Shown here piece after piece: positions 20,225-29,225 of a stretch of 64,000 nucleotides of DNA. A model generated the notes under the pieces. It had not been told where the DNA came from and did not search any database. It was given only the letters and a program-made list of their open reading frames with translations. The DNA is from Leptonemataceae bacterium (GTDB taxonomy: Bacteria; Spirochaetota; Leptospiria; Leptospirales; Leptonemataceae): the NCBI GenBank assembly GCA_965227295.1, contig OZ245742.1, forward strand, positions 3,712,001-3,776,000, in the 5' to 3' direction. Position 1 is the stretch's first letter. Each line of letters opens with the position of its first letter. Position numbers and translations under genes: made by a program.

Positions 20225-20482
20225 TTAAAGGCCGAGGCCTTCTTTTGCAGAGTCAGCACCGGTGTTGACGGCTTTTTTCGCTTCGCCGGCTGCTTTGTCG
20301 ATCATTTCGTTGGCTTTGTCTTCTGCAGCGCCTTTCACATCTTCTGCAGCAGCTTTCGCCTCATCTTCGAGAGAGGTTTCTTCTTCCGGCGGGGGAGCGT
20401 CGTTTCCGCCCGGGCACAGCAGAGTGGTGAAAGACAGTGCGGCGAGCAGGGGAAGAATAAGGAATTTTTTCGACATTGGCAA
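20225..20482 (-). CDS. Small Ala/Lys/Glu-rich lipoprotein
   Basis: MSKKFLILPLLAALSFTTLLC signal with Cys, followed by a charged helical body. Confidence 0.7.
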   Translation of the reverse strand: MPMSKKFLILPLLAALSFTTLLCPGGNDAPPPEEETSLEDEAKAAAEDVKGAAEDKANEMIDKAAGEAKKAVNTGADSAKEGLGL

Positions 20483-20607
20483 TTGCCTCCGTAGTCACGT
20501 AGAAAAATTTTTATACAAAATTGGCCCCATTACAGGCACTTCAACCTTTTTTTTGTAACCGATGGTTTTTTGCATTTCCGGGCGTCCTTCGCGCCGGGGA
20601 AGAATAG

Positions 20608-20997
20608 TTACGGGGAGTTCGCGGAATCCGCAATTTCTTGCAGCCCGGCGCGTTCCAGAACGATCTCCGCGAGCTTTGCGTGCACGCCGAGTGGCGGCGT
20701 TACGTGAACCTGCACGCCGGAATGGGCCGCGGCGGCCTCCCTGGCGATGCGCGGGATGTCCTCGGTGGCATGGCGACCGGGGGACAGCATAAAGGGATGC
20801 ACGATGATTTCATCCGCGCCGTCGGCGACGCAGGCGGCCAGGCCGGCCGGAATATCCGGGGCGGCAAGTTCCATGTGGGCGATGTGGACAATCAGTCCGG
20901 GAGAAAGCTCGCGCACCAGGGTGGCGATCTCTTGCAGGGATTCGTTCGCCGCCGTACGCCGGGAGCCGTGGTCCACGATCAAAAGGGCACGGTTCAC
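20608..20997 (-). CDS. cbiX: Sirohydrochlorin chelatase (CbiX/SirB small form)
   Basis: LIVDHGSR, AHMELAAP, PFMLSPGRH..EDIP and PLG.H motifs. Confidence 0.88.
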   Translation of the reverse strand: MNRALLIVDHGSRRTAANESLQEIATLVRELSPGLIVHIAHMELAAPDIPAGLAACVADGADEIIVHPFMLSPGRHATEDIPRIAREAAAAHSGVQVHVTPPLGVHAKLAEIVLERAGLQEIADSANSP

Positions 20998-21365
20998 GAT
21001 TCATCCTCCGGGACGCACTCGCCGGTGAAGGCAAAACTTCCGGATTCCGACACGAACTGACGACCGCTCACTTTCAGCGTATAACGGCGGCCGGCCTCGA
21101 TGACACACAGGGCCGCCCCACCGTTGCGATAGGTGGTGTGGACAAACCGAATGATGTACTCCCCGGGAAGGAGCCGCAGTTCATCCGCCGGTCGGACACG
21201 GCGGGGCGGCGCATCATCCTGTAGCCGGAACTGGTAGCCCTGACTGCGCAGGACGCCGACCTCCGAGTCCGGACGATCGCCCTCGTAGTTCTTCCAGACC
21301 GAGGCACAGCCCGGGGGGAGCAGGAGAAAAAATACGAGGAGGAAGATCGATCGATGCAGGCTCAA
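20994..21365 (-). CDS. Hypothetical lipoprotein
   Basis: Hydrophobic N-terminus with LPPGC; operonic overlaps with both neighbours. Confidence 0.6.
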   Translation of the reverse strand: MSLHRSIFLLVFFLLLPPGCASVWKNYEGDRPDSEVGVLRSQGYQFRLQDDAPPRRVRPADELRLLPGEYIIRFVHTTYRNGGAALCVIEAGRRYTLKVSGRQFVSESGSFAFTGECVPEDES

Positions 21366-22354
21366 CGTCGCAGGACTCCTTCGAGAAAGATGCGCTGGGC
21401 CGCCGGTCCCGGATGCCCGTCCTCCGGTAGATATAACTCCGGATCGTCTGCGTGTCTATGAAAGTCCGGCGATACGTCGATGATCCGTGCGCCCCGGCGC
21501 CGGGCTTCGGCGACGTAACGATCTTTCAGCGGGTCCCGTTCGAGCGGCCGCCCGGTGCCGCGGTCGATCTCGGGATACTGGATGATGTAGAGCGGGATGT
21601 TGTGTTCTGCGAGCAGGGCGGTAAGCCTGCGCAGGGCGAGGAAGGTCGGATGATCGTCGGGAATTTCAGGATCCGCCGGTTCCCGTTCGTACTCGTTGCG
21701 CGCCGTAGCGCCGGTTCCGCGGCGCAGCAAAATCTTTACGGCGTTCCAGGTCATGCTGTGGCGTGAGAGTCGGAACTGCATGCGAAAGGCCAGCGCGCGT
21801 AACGGACTCGCCTGCAATTGCGCGTCGCGTACGTCATCGACGAAATCGGAGGCGCTGAGGATCCAGTAGGCGCGGTCCACTGTAGCCTCGCGGTCCTCCA
21901 GGCGGCGGCGTACTGAGGCCAGGATGCCGGCGGCGCCGAGGCTATCCACGGCCATGTTTTCGACGACGCATTCGTTCTCCGGCTGCCGGGAGAGCAGGCG
22001 CGCGAATGTCGCGTGATCGTCGACGCCGTAGCCCATGGACAGCGAATCCCCGATGATCCAGGTCGCACAGTCGACATAGGCGGCCAGGCCGACGCCGAAA
22101 CTCACCGCGCGGTCCGTTGCGTGATTCGTGGTGACGCGGTACGTGAAGCCGCCGCGAGGATGTTTGAATTCTATCTGTTGATCCGGGCAGAGCAGGATCA
22201 GCGCGGGATGTTCGGGATCGTCGACCAGGCAGTGCAGGCGCGCGTCATCGTAACGAAAGCGGAGTTCCGGCCAGGCGAACAGTCGCAACAGCACCTCGGC
22301 GGCAAGCAGCATCATGAGACCGGCGCTCGCAATCACGGCCAGGCGGCGCATCAT
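21362..22354 (-). CDS. SGNH/GDSL hydrolase-like protein
   Basis: AEVLLR TM, IGDSLSMGYG, NMAV and DGHP motifs; start set at ATG 22354. Confidence 0.75.
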   Translation of the reverse strand: MMRRLAVIASAGLMMLLAAEVLLRLFAWPELRFRYDDARLHCLVDDPEHPALILLCPDQQIEFKHPRGGFTYRVTTNHATDRAVSFGVGLAAYVDCATWIIGDSLSMGYGVDDHATFARLLSRQPENECVVENMAVDSLGAAGILASVRRRLEDREATVDRAYWILSASDFVDDVRDAQLQASPLRALAFRMQFRLSRHSMTWNAVKILLRRGTGATARNEYEREPADPEIPDDHPTFLALRRLTALLAEHNIPLYIIQYPEIDRGTGRPLERDPLKDRYVAEARRRGARIIDVSPDFHRHADDPELYLPEDGHPGPAAQRIFLEGVLRR

Positions 22355-23757
22355 GTTGCCTGTTCTTGCCTGTGTTGCGAAGATGCTGATGCGCCCAGGG
22401 TCCAACCCACCAGGGCCCAGAAGGGCAACAGGACCTCGTCGTCCTGCATGTAGCACTGGAACAATCCCGCCACAAGCAGGGCGACGACACCGAAGCGCCA
22501 CCAGCCGGCTTCTTCCCGCGCGAGCGCGGCGTGAATCAGGAGTCCGAAAAAGAGCAAATATGCGAGCAGACACAACGGACCGCCGATGGCCAGGAAATGC
22601 AGCATGTCGTTGTGGGCGTGTCCGCGCTGGGCCGTGGCGTAGGCGGTCCAGAGATGCGGCTGCTCGCGCGAGAACGTGATGATGTGCTCTTCGATGGATG
22701 AAGAGAAATTCCCGGCGCCCACCCCGGCGACGGGATGATCCGCGATTACGGTTAGCGTGCCGTTCCATACCAGCGTGCGCTGGAAATCCGTATGTTTGGC
22801 CCGGCCGAGCAGGGAACCCACGATCTTTTCGAAGCGATCGTGCACACCCGAGGACAGACGATCGGCGGCGAACAGGGCCATCACGGCCAGGAGCAGAATC
22901 GGGAGCAGGCGCAAGATCTTACGACCCCAGTGCGTGATGCCGAGCCAGTAGAGACCGACAAGCACGGCGATGAGCATGCCGAGGATTGCCGAGCGGCCGT
23001 TGTTCAGGAGAAAGACCAGCGCCGCCGCTCCGAGCAGCATGATCTTGCCGAGATGCTTCCATTGTAAGAGGGCCAGCGGTCGTTCGAGATAGACATGGAG
23101 CACGCGAAAGGTCAGAAACGGGAAGACCAGCATGAGCATGCCGCCGTAGGTGAGATGCGTGTTCGTGAGTCCGATGGGCATGTACACGTGCACGCCGCCG
23201 ACGGTGAGCAGATAGTGCTGGAAGCGCGCCGCCGCGGTGGCTTCCCAGCCGTGCTGGATGTGATACGGAAGTTTGTGCAATCGCCACTTGCTGAAGATTG
23301 AGATGACCCCCGCCACGACGAGAATGATCACCGCCGCGGTGAACCAGCGCGGAATATTTCGCCGGCCTTCCGGCGTGGACGCGTAGGCCGCGGTCCAGAA
23401 GGCCATGCCGAGGATGAAGACGTCTTTCAGTTCGGTCCGCCAGCCCCGGGCGAAGAACGCCGTGAAGCCGAGTTCGCCGGAGTTTGTGGCCGCGTTGTAA
23501 AGCAGGGCGAGGAGTTGCGCGACGTAGATGGCCACCGCGGCAATGAGCGCGGGATGGCGGAGCAGCGGCAACTCGGGCGCCTGCTCGCGCAATGCATCCG
23601 GGAGTTGCGGGCGTGTGACGGCCCACCAGGCCCAGCCGAGGAGGGCCAGAGCGAGGCCCGCCTGGGATATGCTGACCGACCAGGGGTAGGTGAGGATTGC
23701 CGTGGCGCCGCCGAAGATCGAGAGGCGGTAGGGAAATAGCTGCCAGCGACTGAGCAC
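22351..23757 (-). CDS. O-antigen ligase (Wzy_C) family membrane protein
   Basis: Multi-TM; NGRSA, R..VW......DHP..GVG.GNF and HAHND motifs. Confidence 0.85.
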   Translation of the reverse strand: MLSRWQLFPYRLSIFGGATAILTYPWSVSISQAGLALALLGWAWWAVTRPQLPDALREQAPELPLLRHPALIAAVAIYVAQLLALLYNAATNSGELGFTAFFARGWRTELKDVFILGMAFWTAAYASTPEGRRNIPRWFTAAVIILVVAGVISIFSKWRLHKLPYHIQHGWEATAAARFQHYLLTVGGVHVYMPIGLTNTHLTYGGMLMLVFPFLTFRVLHVYLERPLALLQWKHLGKIMLLGAAALVFLLNNGRSAILGMLIAVLVGLYWLGITHWGRKILRLLPILLLAVMALFAADRLSSGVHDRFEKIVGSLLGRAKHTDFQRTLVWNGTLTVIADHPVAGVGAGNFSSSIEEHIITFSREQPHLWTAYATAQRGHAHNDMLHFLAIGGPLCLLAYLLFFGLLIHAALAREEAGWWRFGVVALLVAGLFQCYMQDDEVLLPFWALVGWTLGASASSQHRQEQAT

Positions 23758-23957
23758 GGGGCCATCCTGGGGTGGCCGGGGAAGGTGTCAACTACCGAGG
23801 CGCCGAGGTCGCCGGGGATGAAAGCCGGAGGGCCGGTGCAAGCCCCCTTTAAATGATGCGTGCTTTCTTTTTCTGCTTGTACTTTTTCCGGCACGCGACA
23901 TAATTGCTTCAGGCATTCCTCGGTTCGACCGATGTCGTTGATAGAGGAATTTCTCGC

Positions 23958-24395
23958 ATGGCTCTATTCGACAACACGTCCACAATGCGCTCGCTGCAAA
24001 TGCTCGAAAAGGGTATGGATGCGGCGATGACCCGGCGCAAGGTGCTCGCCAACAACATCGCCAACGTGGATGTGCCGCACTTCAAACGCTCCGAGGTCAT
24101 CTTCGAGTCACAGCTCGCGCGCGCCGTCGACCACGAACGCTCCGTGAAGGCCGATCCCCTGGCCATGCGGACGAACCATCCGGCGCACTTCGAAACCCGG
24201 CGTCACGAGGACTGGCGCGACGTGGGGCCGCAGATTCATCAGGACTACCTCACCAGCATGCGCAACGACGGGAACAACGTCGACATCGAAGACGAGGTGG
24301 CGAAGCTCACCCGCAATCAACTGCATTACTCGCTGATGGTGGATCGGGTGGGGAGCTCGTTTCGCCTGCTGAACAGCGTCACGCGACTCGCGTAA
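23958..24395 (+). CDS. flgB: Flagellar basal-body rod protein FlgB
   Basis: ANNIANVDVPHFKR and RNDGNNVDIEDE motifs. Confidence 0.97.
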   Translation: MALFDNTSTMRSLQMLEKGMDAAMTRRKVLANNIANVDVPHFKRSEVIFESQLARAVDHERSVKADPLAMRTNHPAHFETRRHEDWRDVGPQIHQDYLTSMRNDGNNVDIEDEVAKLTRNQLHYSLMVDRVGSSFRLLNSVTRLA

Positions 24396-24412
24396 GTTAA
24401 GGACGGAATACC

Positions 24413-24874
24413 ATGGGAATGTTCGACGTAGTAAACATCGCCGCCACCGGGCTCTCGGCCCAGCGCCTGCGCCTGGATGTAATTTCGAATAACATCGCCA
24501 ACGTCACCACGACGCGCAACGCCCAGGGTGACGGCCCCTTTCGCCGCGACCGCGTGGTCATGACGCCGGTAAACCTTCGTAACGTATGGCGCTCTCCGGT
24601 CTATCCGCGGGGCCTTGAAACGGGCATGGGCCGCGGCGTCAAAGTGGAGCGCATCGAAAAGGACATGAGCGATTTTCGCCTGGTCTATGATCCTTCGCAT
24701 CCGGACGCGATCAAGATCGGCCCGAAGCAGGGCTACGTGCAGATGCCCAATGTGAACATCGTCGAAGAGATGACCGATATGATCTCGGCCTCACGGTCCT
24801 ACGAGGCGAATGCCCAGGTGATCATGGGCGCCAAGCAGATGTTCAACAAGACCCTGGAACTGGGGCGCGGCTAG
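24413..24874 (+). CDS. flgC: Flagellar basal-body rod protein FlgC
   Basis: GLSAQRLRLDVISNNIAN, YDPSHPDA and PNVNIVEEMTDMISASRSYEAN motifs. Confidence 0.97.
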   Translation: MGMFDVVNIAATGLSAQRLRLDVISNNIANVTTTRNAQGDGPFRRDRVVMTPVNLRNVWRSPVYPRGLETGMGRGVKVERIEKDMSDFRLVYDPSHPDAIKIGPKQGYVQMPNVNIVEEMTDMISASRSYEANAQVIMGAKQMFNKTLELGRG

Positions 24875-24948
24875 TTCTGGATAACATGTTAAAATAAAGG
24901 CGCCTGGCGCTTAATTATATAAAGAAATACACTCAGGAGTTCTACGAT

Positions 24949-25317
24949 ATGGAGATTTTCAGCACGAAAGGCGTCAGCTTTCCTAATGCCAATCCGAAGG
25001 TTTTCGGTGCGCAGGACCAGAATCACCTGGACATGCGGGTCAGCGATCCGCGGCACATGACGCCCGGTGTTCCGCCTGCCAACCCGGAGCGCGTACCGGA
25101 ATCTTTCGCTTCGATGCTCGGCGAATCCCTGCGCCGGGTCGAACAACTGGACGTGAACGCCAACAAACTCGCTGCCCAGGCCGTTTACGAGCCGGACTCG
25201 GTGGAGGCCCACGAGGTCGTGCTCGCCGCCGAGAAAGCGCGCTTCGCGATCAACTTCACGAAGACCATGGCGGACGGCTTTGTGCGCGCGTATCGTGACC
25301 TGACCAATCCGAGATAG
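24949..25317 (+). CDS. fliE: Flagellar hook-basal body protein FliE
   Basis: Follows flgC; SFASML, HEVVLAAEKA and VRAYRDL motifs. Confidence 0.85.
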   Translation: MEIFSTKGVSFPNANPKVFGAQDQNHLDMRVSDPRHMTPGVPPANPERVPESFASMLGESLRRVEQLDVNANKLAAQAVYEPDSVEAHEVVLAAEKARFAINFTKTMADGFVRAYRDLTNPR

Positions 25318-25332
25318 CTTCTAAGTTAAGTC

Positions 25333-25467
25333 TTACTCCGAGGACCGAGAATTCCGAGGGAAAGATGTTAGGGCGGGCGTTGTAGAACGTGTGTCGGCGG
25401 AAGAGTGCGTTCGATTGCTTTTTTCTGGCTCTAATTCTTCGCCTCGTTTCCTCGGTCCTCGGAGTGA
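25333..25467. repeat. Short element with 15-bp perfect terminal inverted repeats (MITE/REP-like)
   Basis: ACTCCGAGGACCGAG (25335-25349) and CTCGGTCCTCGGAGT (25451-25465). Confidence 0.7.
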
Positions 25468-25558
25468 AATTTTTTTCTTAACGAGACATAATTTTTTCCT
25501 TGTACTTTTGCCCTGGTAACTTAAGGTCCGGCCAACATAAAAACAGAGGCCGAAGACC

Positions 25559-27262
25559 ATGCCCGATTTTCTCACAAACATTTTGAATCAGCTCCAGGAA
25601 CTCTGGGGGAAACTCGACAACACCAAGAAGATAACCCTCGGCGCCGTAATTGCCGCCGTGATTGTTGCCTTCACCGCCATGGCGTCGTTTTCGTCCAAGC
25701 CGGCGAAAGTTCCGCTGTACGAAGACCTGAACGCTCAGGATTTCGGTTCGATCACGTCGGCGCTGCAGGCGATGGGTTACTCCTACTCTGCCTCCGGCAC
25801 CACGGCGATTTACGTAGAATCGGACGAGCGCCAGGAGATCATCACCAAACTCGCCCAGGATTCCCTGATTCCCGCCGGGGTGGAGGGTTACGAGATCTTC
25901 GACATGTCGCGCTGGGACGAGACGACGTTCGATAAGAACGTCAAGTTGCATCGCGCCATCAAAGGTTCGCTGGAAACGATGTTAATGACGCTGGACTTCG
26001 TGAAACGCGCGAATGTGAATCTGGCGATTCCGGAACGGAACAACTTCCTTACGGACAGCGAACCGGTGAAGGCGTCCGTTGTTCTCTCGCTGCAACCCGG
26101 TATCGAAAAGGTCAGCCGCCGACAGGTGATGGGCATTAAGAACCTGATCTATCGTTCGGTGCCGCGCCTGGAGCGGGATAACATCAGCATCACCGACGAA
26201 GGCGGCAAAGAGTTCGTGGAACCGGATGAGATTGATGAAGCGCAGCGCGAACTCGATCTCGTCGAACGCAAAAAGGAGTTCGAGTATCGCGAAGAACGTC
26301 GCTGGCGTGAAGAGATTCGCGGCCGGTTGCACGAGTTCTATCCGGAAGATCGCATCTCCATCATTCGCGTCGCCTTTACCGTAAACTGGGACGAGGTCGA
26401 AGAGAAACAACATCTCGTGGCGCCCGTCGAGAAAACGCCGGAGAATGCCGAGACCCCGTATCCGGACCGCGAGATTATGGAGGACGGAACGATCACCGTT
26501 TCGCGCAACCGTCGTCAGGAACGTTTCCGCGGCAACGGCTTCACCCCCGGCGGACCCACCGGTACCGAACAACAACTGCCGCCGGGTTATCGCGATCTCG
26601 ACTACCAGCGTTCCGAGTACGGAAACAACGACGTCATCGAAAACTTCGATTATAACCGCATCGAAAAAGAGATTACGCGTCAGCCCTGGGAAGAGCGTTC
26701 GCGCTCTATCGCGGTAGCCGTGGACGGCACCTGGACCCGGGGGATTCCGTATCAGAAAGAAGACGGCTCCTGGGCCTACGAACGCACCTACGAACCGCCG
26801 GCGCAGGAGGAACTGCAAACCCTGGAACGTTTGCTGAAGGCGTCCCTGTTGTTCAAAGGCGCGCGCGGCGACCAGATCGAAGTGCGTCACTTGAAGAAAG
26901 ACCGCTCGGCCGAGTTTGCCGCGGAAGATGAAGCACTGACCCGTGAGCGTTTTATCCGCACTCTGTTGATCGTCTCGGCGGTGGCTCTCGCGGCGATGAT
27001 CTTCGTCTACTTGCTGTATCGTGCCATCAAGAAGGAGATCGCCCGGCGGCGGCGTCTGCGCGAAGAAGAACTCGCGGCACAGCAACAGCTCATGCGCGAA
27101 GCGGCCCTGCGGGTCGCCGACGAGGGCGCGGCGGAAGTCGAACTCTCCGTGGACGAAAAGGCCCGGCGCGAGATGCTCGAAAACGCCATGAATCTGGCCC
27201 GGGAAAAACCCGATCAGGTGGCGAAGCTGATCCGCACCTGGTTGTCCTCGGACGAAACGTAA
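25559..27262 (+). CDS. fliF: Flagellar M-ring protein FliF
   Basis: Two TMs; GYEIFD, A.VNLAIP, ASVVL and RGDQIEV motifs; C-terminus PDQVAKLIRTWL. Confidence 0.96.
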   Translation: MPDFLTNILNQLQELWGKLDNTKKITLGAVIAAVIVAFTAMASFSSKPAKVPLYEDLNAQDFGSITSALQAMGYSYSASGTTAIYVESDERQEIITKLAQDSLIPAGVEGYEIFDMSRWDETTFDKNVKLHRAIKGSLETMLMTLDFVKRANVNLAIPERNNFLTDSEPVKASVVLSLQPGIEKVSRRQVMGIKNLIYRSVPRLERDNISITDEGGKEFVEPDEIDEAQRELDLVERKKEFEYREERRWREEIRGRLHEFYPEDRISIIRVAFTVNWDEVEEKQHLVAPVEKTPENAETPYPDREIMEDGTITVSRNRRQERFRGNGFTPGGPTGTEQQLPPGYRDLDYQRSEYGNNDVIENFDYNRIEKEITRQPWEERSRSIAVAVDGTWTRGIPYQKEDGSWAYERTYEPPAQEELQTLERLLKASLLFKGARGDQIEVRHLKKDRSAEFAAEDEALTRERFIRTLLIVSAVALAAMIFVYLLYRAIKKEIARRRRLREEELAAQQQLMREAALRVADEGAAEVELSVDEKARREMLENAMNLAREKPDQVAKLIRTWLSSDET

Positions 27263-27375
27263 ACTGTTAGCGGCCGCCGGTTAAAGAAATGCCACGGCGG
27301 CCGCCTTTGTTCTGATCCTCGTTCTGACGCCATTGGTCTTCGGCCGGCACAGTACGTAGGGAATGTGAGATCCTG

Positions 27376-27400
27376 GGGGGCAGCGATGCCCCCTTTTTTT
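27376..27400 (+). terminator. Intrinsic terminator downstream of fliF
   Basis: GGGGGCA-GCGA-TGCCCCC followed by T7. Confidence 0.8.
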
Positions 27401-27429
27401 CGTTGGGCGTCTTTGCGATCATACGAGTC

Positions 27430-28749
27430 ATGAACGTCCAGGAACAAATTCAGTTCGCCCGTTTCTTCGTAATCGAAGCGGCCGCAGAGATCGGAGCCGA
27501 CGTTCTGGCTTATCTGAATCGGGACGAAACCAAAGATCTAAAGCGTTGGTTGATGGATCGAACTCCGCCTTATCCGGAATTCAGGGAAGGTCTGCTCATC
27601 TGGTGGAACAAAGTGGCGCTGGAGGAATCGAACGCGATCGATCTTACCGCCGCGCTCGATCCGGAACTTCGACGGCGATTGTTTCCAGACACAAAGCCTG
27701 CGCTGCGCGAGCGACGAGACGATGGTCTCGCCGAACTCGGCCCATTGATTCAACAGCGTAACGCTCATCATCCCGGCGAACCAATTGAGGAACTGAGCGT
27801 CGACGAACGTGCGCGGCGGGAAATGTTTGAAAACTTTCTAGCGGCGTTTGTAGAGCAATCGGGGGCGGCGCTGGAACGTCTCGATCGGGCCGCGGCCGCG
27901 ATGAGCGCGGAATACCTGGAGAGGCAGGAGCGTCGCTTGCCCGCGCAGGACCTGCGCCTGGAGTTCTTGCGGGGAGTGGCCGCGCGTCTGGGCGTGGAGC
28001 AGACCGAACAACAGCGAAGTTTTGTTCGGGGATTGCATGATCGTGAAGTGCGACTTGTATTCGCGTACTTGAACCATTGCGATATCAGGCCAGCATCCAG
28101 GGGACTCTTGCGTTCCGGCGAGCGAAGCAAGGATGCCGTCCAAAGATTGCGCCGGGTGTATCGTCGCCTGTTCGCGGGGAGGCGCGCTTGCAGGCCGGTG
28201 CGGGAATGGGAGATAGGTTCGGAAGATGAGTATCGGCCGCTTGCGTTTGGCACGGGTAAGGACGGTGCTTTATACACGCTGGAAATTTTGCATGATGATC
28301 GGGCTGCTGTGAAGGGTATGATCGAGCGTTTGTCGCCCGATGGTGAGCGGGTCAGGGTTGTGCATATCGCCGGGACAGCGGAGAGGTATGCACAGGACTT
28401 ACGGGTTACGGAAGACGCCCTTCATATTCTATTTGGCCCGCGCGGATATCTGGATCACGGTGATGACGATGCGGAACCGGTATACTCGATCGCGCGACTG
28501 AGTCATGATGGCTCCTTCCTGGATGAGAAAATCCTTTCGGAGGATGAGAACATTCACTCTGGCATGGATCGGCTTGTGCCGGATGAGCTACAGTTTTATC
28601 GATCGTTCACGCCAATGCCCGAGCACTTGCATCGCCTGATGTTTCGCGACACCGACGGGCGCCGATTTAGCTTTGAGCGTTTTGTTGTGCGGGGCGATTT
28701 TCTGGCGGCAAGAATCGGCGGACGCATCCTGATCTACGCCCTGAAGTGA
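27430..28749 (+). CDS. Hypothetical protein: FliG-N-like N-terminus, FliF-C-like peptide and a beta-rich C-terminal region
   Basis: N-terminus aligns by eye with FliG residues ~10-65; ELSVDERARREMFEN is 13/15 identical to the local FliF peptide ELSVDEKARREMLEN. Confidence 0.7.
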   Translation: MNVQEQIQFARFFVIEAAAEIGADVLAYLNRDETKDLKRWLMDRTPPYPEFREGLLIWWNKVALEESNAIDLTAALDPELRRRLFPDTKPALRERRDDGLAELGPLIQQRNAHHPGEPIEELSVDERARREMFENFLAAFVEQSGAALERLDRAAAAMSAEYLERQERRLPAQDLRLEFLRGVAARLGVEQTEQQRSFVRGLHDREVRLVFAYLNHCDIRPASRGLLRSGERSKDAVQRLRRVYRRLFAGRRACRPVREWEIGSEDEYRPLAFGTGKDGALYTLEILHDDRAAVKGMIERLSPDGERVRVVHIAGTAERYAQDLRVTEDALHILFGPRGYLDHGDDDAEPVYSIARLSHDGSFLDEKILSEDENIHSGMDRLVPDELQFYRSFTPMPEHLHRLMFRDTDGRRFSFERFVVRGDFLAARIGGRILIYALK

Positions 28750-28757
28750 TGTATGCG

Positions 28758-29225
28758 TCATATCTCTTCCGGTTCCATGTACTCCGCATACGCATGCAGT
28801 CGATCTTCCAGCGGCCCCAGCAAATGCCGCCGCGCGTCTTCGATTTCTTCCGCGGTCCATTCGTTATCGCCGGCGTTCTGGATCTCATCGCGTTTGTTCA
28901 TCGATACGTTGCGCAGGATGATCTCACGTAGTTCCGGTGCCGCACCGAAACACGCCGCCGCGATTGTTCGGCCGTCCAGAGGGCGTAACAAATCCTGCAA
29001 TGTTCGTGCGTGAAGTTTTTGCAAGGCCGCAAAGGGTAAGCGAAAGAAAGTTAGCGATTTTGCGAGCGGCGCCGCGCTTTCCAGGAGACCCGCGAATTCC
29101 CGGGCGAGTTCCGGAGACAGCCGGCGCATTACATCATGGAGCACATCCGCCGCGGGTCGCGGGGAGGGCGGCTCGCCGAGATTTAACAGGGCTTCGATTT
29201 CTTCGGGGGAGAGGAATTCGGTCAC
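28758..29225 (-). CDS. Small protein: FliM/FliY-type N-terminal CheY-binding motif fused to a FliG C-terminal-like domain
   Basis: Begins MTEFLSPEEIEALL; the remainder aligns by eye with FliG-C (DPELAEE/SPELARE, IQRVLREVD/LQDLLRPLD, KIFKNMS/IILRNVS, DVED/EIED). Confidence 0.72.
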   Translation of the reverse strand: MTEFLSPEEIEALLNLGEPPSPRPAADVLHDVMRRLSPELAREFAGLLESAAPLAKSLTFFRLPFAALQKLHARTLQDLLRPLDGRTIAAACFGAAPELREIILRNVSMNKRDEIQNAGDNEWTAEEIEDARRHLLGPLEDRLHAYAEYMEPEEI

